From the NCBI GenBank assembly GCA_000743035.1, contig CP008936.1, positions 1,410,001 to 1,442,000 of the forward strand: 32,000 bases of DNA, in the 5' to 3' direction. Of this stretch, positions 26,565 through 32,000 are shown piece by piece. The stretch comes from Candidatus Paracaedimonas acanthamoebae. GTDB lineage: Bacteria; Pseudomonadota; Alphaproteobacteria; Caedimonadales; Caedimonadaceae. The position numbers and the translations under genes were made by a program. Under the pieces are notes generated by a model. That model was not told the origin of the DNA, did not search any database, and was given only the letters and a program-made list of their open reading frames with translations. Within the stretch, counting starts at the first letter, position 1. Each line of letters begins with the position of its first letter.

Positions 26565-26969
26565 ATGCATCAACAAACTAAAAGAAAAAATTATCTATGG
26601 GCGCTATTGGGGCTAAGCTATAGCAGCATTGTTTTAGGCGAAAAGAAACTTGATCTAAAAGAAGAAGAGTTCGAAATTCATGCAGAAGTTTCAACTGTAG
26701 AAGTGCCTATGGCACACGACATTATAGATGAGAAAGAGCTGCAATCATCAATGCTTCCTAGGAAGCCCCAAGATTTCCTTTTTGTAAAGTCGGATAATTT
26801 AATGGATCATCTTGTGTCTTCAGGAAGCACACCTTTTACTCAATCTGAAATGTTGGGTATGACAGTTTCAGCCACAAATCTTGATACAAAGTCAAAAGAA
26901 GCTTTAGATAGGCAGAAAGAATGGCTTGCTAAATTAATAGAAGCATATTTACAACAATTTACTAAATGA
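26565..26969 (+). CDS. Hypothetical secreted protein (134 aa)
   Basis: ATG at 26565 preceded by AAGGGAGGA. Signal-like MHQQTKRKNYLWALLGLSYSSIVLG. I recognised no family. Confidence 0.5.
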   Translation: MHQQTKRKNYLWALLGLSYSSIVLGEKKLDLKEEEFEIHAEVSTVEVPMAHDIIDEKELQSSMLPRKPQDFLFVKSDNLMDHLVSSGSTPFTQSEMLGMTVSATNLDTKSKEALDRQKEWLAKLIEAYLQQFTK

Positions 26970-26999
26970 CTTGGGTGAGTCCATTGTTTCAATAAATGG

Positions 27000-27560
27000 T
27001 TAACGAACGACTTTTTTAAGAACTTCATAGGCTTTATTAATTAATTTTAATTTTTCTTCGGCTTCAGCACAACCGCTATTCACATCAGGATGGTATAATT
27101 TTACAAGTTGGATATATTTTTGTTTCAAGTTTTCACTTGTCACGGGCCATTCTAACTCCATCATCCTGAGAGCTTTAGCTTCTTCTGTGTAAGGTGCCCA
27201 AGAAGATTCATGCTGTTGTTGGTTAGAAATATTGCGCGTGCTATCTAGAAGATCAAAAGGATCTTTGATAAAAAATGAGGCTTTAGAGACATTGCTTCCG
27301 AAACGCCATGTTGGGCGTTGCCATGTTACATCAGCACGATAATGATCTTCAATCTCATCTGATCCCATATCACGATAATAGTTCCATTGAGAATTATAAA
27401 TTTGCACGTGTTTCAGACAAAACCAATAATAAAGTTGTAGTTGTTGCGGACTTTGGGGCGCTTTATAAAGAGCCTCTTCAAGACAACCTGATTCATCACA
27501 AATTCGTTTTTGTGGTTGAGGATCTTCAAAAAAAGGATGAAGTCTATAAGTTATTTTCAT
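27000..27560 (-). CDS. J-domain (DnaJ-like) protein
   Basis: C-terminal J domain with LKQKYIQLVKLYHPDVN (HPD motif). N-terminal Cys-containing region CDESGC...YYWFCLKHVQIYNSQWNYY. Adjacent to a bolA-like gene. Confidence 0.8.
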   Translation of the reverse strand: MKITYRLHPFFEDPQPQKRICDESGCLEEALYKAPQSPQQLQLYYWFCLKHVQIYNSQWNYYRDMGSDEIEDHYRADVTWQRPTWRFGSNVSKASFFIKDPFDLLDSTRNISNQQQHESSWAPYTEEAKALRMMELEWPVTSENLKQKYIQLVKLYHPDVNSGCAEAEEKLKLINKAYEVLKKVVR

Positions 27561-27563
27561 GAG

Positions 27564-27887
27564 TTAAATATGAAGAGGATTTTTAGACAATGCAACTTTT
27601 GTCTTAAGGAATTCTTGATACTCATCCGGGGTGAATGTTTTAATTGAAAGTGCATGCAATTGAGTTTTAAAATATTCTCCGAAAAGACCCATAATACACC
27701 GATGTCTTTCTATTTTGTTCATTGGTTGAAAAACTTTTGAGACGATGAGTATTGTAAAATGGGTTTCTTTATTATGAGGGGCATTCAAATGATTTTTATG
27801 CTTATCTGTATCATCAATTACTTCAAGATGCTCGGGCTCGAATTCCGTTGATAATATAAGCCTCAGTTTATCTTGCAATAAATTCAT
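27564..27887 (-). CDS. bolA: BolA family protein
   Basis: 107 aa. EPEHLEVIDDTDKHKNH, THFTILIVSKVFQPMNKIERHRCI and LHALSIKTFTPDEY match the BolA fold signature. Confidence 0.8.
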   Translation of the reverse strand: MNLLQDKLRLILSTEFEPEHLEVIDDTDKHKNHLNAPHNKETHFTILIVSKVFQPMNKIERHRCIMGLFGEYFKTQLHALSIKTFTPDEYQEFLKTKVALSKNPLHI

Positions 27888-27890
27888 AGT

Positions 27891-29159
27891 TTATTCTGCC
27901 ATTGGAGGTGTGATTTTTAAAAGGGTAATTTGATTCCGTACTCTTTTTAAAATTCTAAATTGAAATCCTTGAATTAAAAAAGTTTGTCCAACTTTAGGGA
28001 TCACTCGCGATTCGTGCAGAACAAGACCAGCAATGGTTGAGGCTTCCTCATCGGGGAGAGTCCACTCAAATTTACGATTTAAATCACGAATTGTTATTGT
28101 GCCTAAAGTCATAATCGTTCCATCGCGACGTGTCCACACGCCCTCAAGAGGAAGATCATGTTCATCACTGATTTCTCCTACAATTTCTTCAAGGATATCT
28201 TCTAGAGTGACGACCCCCATAAGAGCACCATACTCATCAACCACAAGGGCAAAATGTTCTTGACGTAGTCTAAATGCTTGAAGCTGCTCCCTAAGTGTTG
28301 TTGATTCTGGGATAAACCAAGGTTTTGTTGCAATTGACAGAATGTTTAATTTCTCAAGAGGCGTCTTCTGGGTCGCCTTAAGTAGAGCTTTTGCATGTAA
28401 AATACCAACGATATTATCTTTATTATCTTTCCATAAAGGAATACGTGTATAGGGGCTTGAGATCACTTGATGAATAATTTCTTTTATAGAAAGATCTGCG
28501 TTAATCATCATAGCGTTTTTGCGATGAACCATAATTTCACCTACTTCAACATCCCCAAGATCAAGAATACTATGCAGCATTGCACGCTCTTCGGCTGATT
28601 CTTCTTCACCAGGATAACCATGCAAATCAATAGCACCGCGCAGTTCTTCTAAAGAGCTCGTTGCGCGGGCATGGGCATCAATCTTGATGCCTATCATTCT
28701 TAAGGTGCTTCGCGCAATCAAATGCATTAAGAAAGTAAGAGGCGTAGTAAGCTTGATAATGATTTGCAAGGGACGTGCTAAATAAATAGCTGTTGTTTCT
28801 GCATGAGCAATAGCAATAATTTTAGGCATGACTTCTGCATAAATAACAATCAAAGAAGTCATTACAATTGGTGCGTATACAACACCAGCATCACCGAAAA
28901 GAATAACAAGAGCAACAGTTGATATTGAGTTGGCGAGATTATTGATTAATTGATTGCATAAAAGTATTGAACTAATAAGTTTTTCAACCGATTGCCGTAA
29001 AGTTTTAACTAATTGCGCACGCTTGTCACCAAGTTTTGCCAAACGGTGGAGTTTTGCTTTAGAGGCAGCAATAAAAGCTGTTTCTGCAGCAGAAAAGATA
29101 GCAGAAATAATAGTGAGTATTAAAATTACCGGGATCGCAACAGTCAAAGAAATAGTCAT
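27891..29159 (-). CDS. CNNM/DUF21-CBS-CorC_HlyC family membrane protein (hemolysin-family / putative divalent cation efflux)
   Basis: N-terminal four-TM DUF21 region, a central CBS pair (VGEIMVHRKNAMMI ... LVVDEYGALMGVVTLEDILEEIVGEI) and a C-terminal CorC/HlyC transporter-associated domain. Confidence 0.9.
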   Translation of the reverse strand: MTISLTVAIPVILILTIISAIFSAAETAFIAASKAKLHRLAKLGDKRAQLVKTLRQSVEKLISSILLCNQLINNLANSISTVALVILFGDAGVVYAPIVMTSLIVIYAEVMPKIIAIAHAETTAIYLARPLQIIIKLTTPLTFLMHLIARSTLRMIGIKIDAHARATSSLEELRGAIDLHGYPGEEESAEERAMLHSILDLGDVEVGEIMVHRKNAMMINADLSIKEIIHQVISSPYTRIPLWKDNKDNIVGILHAKALLKATQKTPLEKLNILSIATKPWFIPESTTLREQLQAFRLRQEHFALVVDEYGALMGVVTLEDILEEIVGEISDEHDLPLEGVWTRRDGTIMTLGTITIRDLNRKFEWTLPDEEASTIAGLVLHESRVIPKVGQTFLIQGFQFRILKRVRNQITLLKITPPMAE

Positions 29160-29194
29160 TTTTTAATGTATGTTTGGGTTGTTAATAAACCTTA

Positions 29195-30067
29195 TCATAA
29201 AAGTTTATCTATGATGAAGGTTGGTTGAAAGGAGGTTTTTTTCAAGGCTTTAAAAATTTGTAATTCATTAAGGCCTAGAGAAGAATCTAAGGGTAATCCC
29301 AGCTCATCGCAAGTATAAGAGCTTATAGTAAGTAAGGAATCCAATCCTGAACTTATAGCGCCTTGAATATCAATCATAAGTGAATCACCAATAACAAGGA
29401 GCGACTTTTTATCTGCGGGGCCAATTACCTTTAAAAAATGAGTATAGATCGATGGATAGGGTTTTCCATGATAATAAACCTCTCCCCCTAAATTTTCATA
29501 CAATTGTCCTATTGCGCCAGAACACAATCGTTTTTCATTATCTTCATAGGTATATAAATTAGAATTAACACAGATCATTTTTAATGGAAGTTTAGCTGCT
29601 TCTTGTAGTGTAGGGTAATACTCTTCTAGATCATTATGCCACTCATCTTTGCCCATGACGAGAATAAAATCTGCTTCTTTAAGTTGTCTTACAGTATGGA
29701 TATCAAGGCCATAAAGGATAGTTTGATCTTGTACGGAACCTATAAAATAACAATAATTACCAAGGGCACTGTGCCAAGGATCAGACCTTTGAAATAAATG
29801 TTGGTACATTTCTTCTCCGGCTGTCAGAAGATGCTGATAAAAGTGAGGTTTAATGCCTTTTTGGGCAAGTTTTTCTCGAGCAGAATCAAGGCGTTGCGTC
29901 AAATTTGTTAAAAGAGTGACACCCTTCTTTTCTTCTTGCAAATAATGCAAAACCTCTAAGGCTTCTGGAAATACCTTTTTCCCTGAATGAAGGACGCCTT
30001 CGATTCCTAATATAAAGGTTTGATAATGTGGGGTTAAATCCCTTAGTTGGGAAATAATCTCAATCAT
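29195..30067 (-). CDS. HAD superfamily subfamily IIA-like hydrolase with a non-canonical motif I
   Basis: 290 aa. Motif IV GDSLMIDIQGA and GKPYPSIY are conserved. The motif I position reads FILGIEGVLHSG where the family normally has an Asp nucleophile. Confidence 0.7.
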   Translation of the reverse strand: MIEIISQLRDLTPHYQTFILGIEGVLHSGKKVFPEALEVLHYLQEEKKGVTLLTNLTQRLDSAREKLAQKGIKPHFYQHLLTAGEEMYQHLFQRSDPWHSALGNYCYFIGSVQDQTILYGLDIHTVRQLKEADFILVMGKDEWHNDLEEYYPTLQEAAKLPLKMICVNSNLYTYEDNEKRLCSGAIGQLYENLGGEVYYHGKPYPSIYTHFLKVIGPADKKSLLVIGDSLMIDIQGAISSGLDSLLTISSYTCDELGLPLDSSLGLNELQIFKALKKTSFQPTFIIDKLL

Positions 30068-30070
30068 ACG

Positions 30071-30988
30071 TTAAGCTATTATTTCCTTCTCTTTTGCTGT
30101 TTTACGGATATCAAAGAACAATAATAAGTTAGCTGAAACGAAAATTGATGAGTAACTACCAAAAACAATACCGATTAGAATTGGAAGACTAAAAGAAGAA
30201 ATTTCTGACCCTCCAAAAAGATATAAAGCAAGAAGAGAAATAACAGTGGTCGCAACAGTAATGATCGTACGAGAGAGAGTTTCATTCGTAGATTGATTAA
30301 TGAGTTGCTCAATTGGCATTTTTTTGTACTTACGCAGATTATCACGAATTCGATCATAAATAACAACAGAATCGTTAATAGAATAACCAATTGTTGTTAA
30401 AATAGCGATAAAAGCTGTTTCTTTAAATTCATGGCCTGTAAGTGAATAAAAGCCGAGGACAACAACAACATCGTGAGCGAGAGCTAGAATACCACAAAGG
30501 CCAAAATGCCACTCAAAACGCACCCAAATGTAAAGAAGCATACCAATAAGAGCAAATCCTAAAGCCCAAAGACCATTTTCAACAAGGTCACTACTGACCT
30601 TACCACCTACAGTTTCCACACGGCGATATTCGAGCTCATTTCCTAACTGTTCTTTAATTTTTTGCAAGGCAAGGGCTTGGGCTTGCTCTCCCCCGGGTTG
30701 TTTTTCGATCCTAATCATGATATCGCGATCTGAACCAAATTCCTGCAACTTAACTTCGCCTAGTTTCAACGTTTCAAGTTGTGTTCGCATACTTGCAATA
30801 TCTGCCTTATCTTTTGTGCGCACTTCTAGAAGAAAACCTCCTTTAAAATCAATTCCGTAATTTAGGCCTTTGAAAGCAAGACTCCAACAGCAAAGCAAAA
30901 TAATAGCCAGGGATACGAAATAAACATAACGTCGGATGCCAACGAAATTAATATTCGTATCATAAGGGATGAGTTGTAAACCACGCAT
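30071..30988 (-). CDS. secF: Protein translocase subunit SecF
   Basis: The ATG at 30988 (MRGLQLIPYDTNINFVG) has AAGAGG 6 nt upstream. Six-TM SecF layout with GIDFKGG and the INDSVVIYDRIREN-like motif (INDSVVIYDRIRDN). Confidence 0.9.
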   Translation of the reverse strand: MRGLQLIPYDTNINFVGIRRYVYFVSLAIILLCCWSLAFKGLNYGIDFKGGFLLEVRTKDKADIASMRTQLETLKLGEVKLQEFGSDRDIMIRIEKQPGGEQAQALALQKIKEQLGNELEYRRVETVGGKVSSDLVENGLWALGFALIGMLLYIWVRFEWHFGLCGILALAHDVVVVLGFYSLTGHEFKETAFIAILTTIGYSINDSVVIYDRIRDNLRKYKKMPIEQLINQSTNETLSRTIITVATTVISLLALYLFGGSEISSFSLPILIGIVFGSYSSIFVSANLLLFFDIRKTAKEKEIIA

Positions 30989-31002
30989 GAAAGCCTCTTT
31001 AA

Positions 31003-32000
31003 TTAAATAGGAAGTTTGGTTGGTTTTGACCAATTAACCCAATAAGTAACAAAAACACGAGTAAGTATGATTGCGGTAAACATGGAAATTAAAATACCAA
31101 TCGCAAGGGTGATGCCAAAACCTTTTACAGGCCCAGTTCCAAAAAGGAAGAGTGCCGCAGCACCTATAAGTGTTGTGAGGTTAGAGTCAAGAATTGTATT
31201 CATTGCTTGACGGTAACCTACATCGATGGCAGACAACATTTTCCGACCATGCCTTAGTTCTTCTTTAATGCGCTCGTTAATAAGGACGTTTGCATCCACT
31301 GCCATCCCCATCGTAAGAGCGATACCAGCAATGCCAGGTAAAGTTAGTGTCGCGCCAATAAGTGACAGAACAGCAACAGTTAAGATGAGATTGAATAACA
31401 TGGCAGCATTAGCAAAAAAACCAAAAAGCGAATAAGCAATCAGCATAAACACAGCCACCATAACAACTGAAAGCATAGTTGCATACCTTCCTGATGCAAT
31501 CGAGTCAGCTCCTAAATCTGGTCCTACAGTGCGTTCTTCAAGGACAACAAGGGGTGCAACCAGAGCGCCAGCTCGCATTAAAAGAGCTAAATCATTTGCT
31601 TCTTGGACAGTGAACTTTCCTGTAATAACTCCATTTCCCCCCGTAATAGGTGTTTGGATTGTCGGAGCGCTTATAACTTTTCCATCAAGAACAATTGCTA
31701 ATTGTCTATGAATGTTTTTGCTTGTTATATCTCCAAATTTTTTTGCGCCTAAGTTATCAAAGCGGAATGAAACTTGAGGGCGATGATACTCATCAAAACT
31801 CACACCGGCATCGACAAGGCTTTCTCCACCAAGAAGATTTTCTTTACGCACAACATAGAAGATTGCTTTTCCATCTTGGCGCACATCATCATTTGGTAAA
31901 ATTTCGGTACCCGGAGGAGAAACATCTTTTTGATTAGAAGCATAAGGATGTTCATCATGAAGAAGACGAAACGTCATTTTTGCTGTTTTTCCAAGCAAAT
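31003..32000 (-). CDS. secD: Protein translocase subunit SecD, C-terminal two-thirds (5' end outside the window)
   Basis: The reading frame is open to the window edge. LAIVLDGKVISAPTIQ, EERTVGPDLGADSI and the C-terminal six-TM domain with VDANVLINERIKEE are typical SecD. Confidence 0.9.
   Translation of the reverse strand, partial: LLGKTAKMTFRLLHDEHPYASNQKDVSPPGTEILPNDDVRQDGKAIFYVVRKENLLGGESLVDAGVSFDEYHRPQVSFRFDNLGAKKFGDITSKNIHRQLAIVLDGKVISAPTIQTPITGGNGVITGKFTVQEANDLALLMRAGALVAPLVVLEERTVGPDLGADSIASGRYATMLSVVMVAVFMLIAYSLFGFFANAAMLFNLILTVAVLSLIGATLTLPGIAGIALTMGMAVDANVLINERIKEELRHGRKMLSAIDVGYRQAMNTILDSNLTTLIGAAALFLFGTGPVKGFGITLAIGILISMFTAIILTRVFVTYWVNWSKPTKLPI

Noticed and set aside
1046-31937. 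Many 60-110 codon track ORFs lie antisense to, or out of frame within, large well-supported genes. Examples: 1046-1318, 5654-5872, 11449-11634, 11894-12226, 12409-12723, 12929-13198, 13525-13710, 14928-15173, 15694-15942, 17869-18057, 19012-19320, 23613-23816, 24093-24296, 24803-25060, 25018-25212, 25590-25842, 26218-26544, 26840-27028, 27308-27562, 28033-28263, 28954-29166, 30175-30390, 31226-31937.
   Set aside because: Each is fully embedded in a gene with clear family motifs on the other strand or frame. They have odd composition (Cys/Arg/Leu-rich), no convincing SD and no recognisable motifs. I treat them as shadow ORFs.
1-32000. CRISPR arrays, rRNA genes, tandem repeats, prophage or toxin-antitoxin pairs.
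   Set aside because: I noticed no regularly spaced direct repeats, no rRNA-like conserved stretches and no small paired ORFs with TA-like features. My reading was visual, not algorithmic, so short dispersed repeats could have been missed.

Overview
AT-rich bacterial chromosome segment, about 90% coding. Gene content and synteny (cyaY, asd, a J-domain gene next to bolA, separate secD and secF, DUF924) suggest an alphaproteobacterium, possibly host-associated. That placement is inference and I cannot confirm it without a database search. Most of the window is housekeeping: argS, lysS, asd, ald, rbsK, secDF, tRNA-Thr, an ABC exporter, a DAACS symporter and a CNNM/CorC protein. The main accessory element is a tightly packed 9.3 kb minus-strand operon (16001-25313) encoding the type VI secretion proteins TssJ, TssK, TssL, TssM and TssA. 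It is led by a bitopic protein with a C-terminal SPOR-like peptidoglycan-binding domain. No sheath, tube, spike, TssEFG or ClpV genes occur anywhere in the window. By hand counts the block is more AT-rich than its neighbours, and its TssL has no peptidoglycan-binding extension. That makes the SPOR protein a candidate wall anchor, which I cannot show to be novel without searches. Other notable items: a signal-peptide-bearing patatin-like phospholipase two genes downstream, behind a strong terminator; two decayed secreted-protein genes (an S8 subtilase and a HAD-like lipoprotein); cyaY translationally coupled to the ABC exporter; a 10-bp-stem hairpin upstream of an elaB/yqjD-like pair; and a 20-codon ORF with a strong Shine-Dalgarno in a long convergent spacer. 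I saw no CRISPR arrays, rRNA genes, transposases or integrases.
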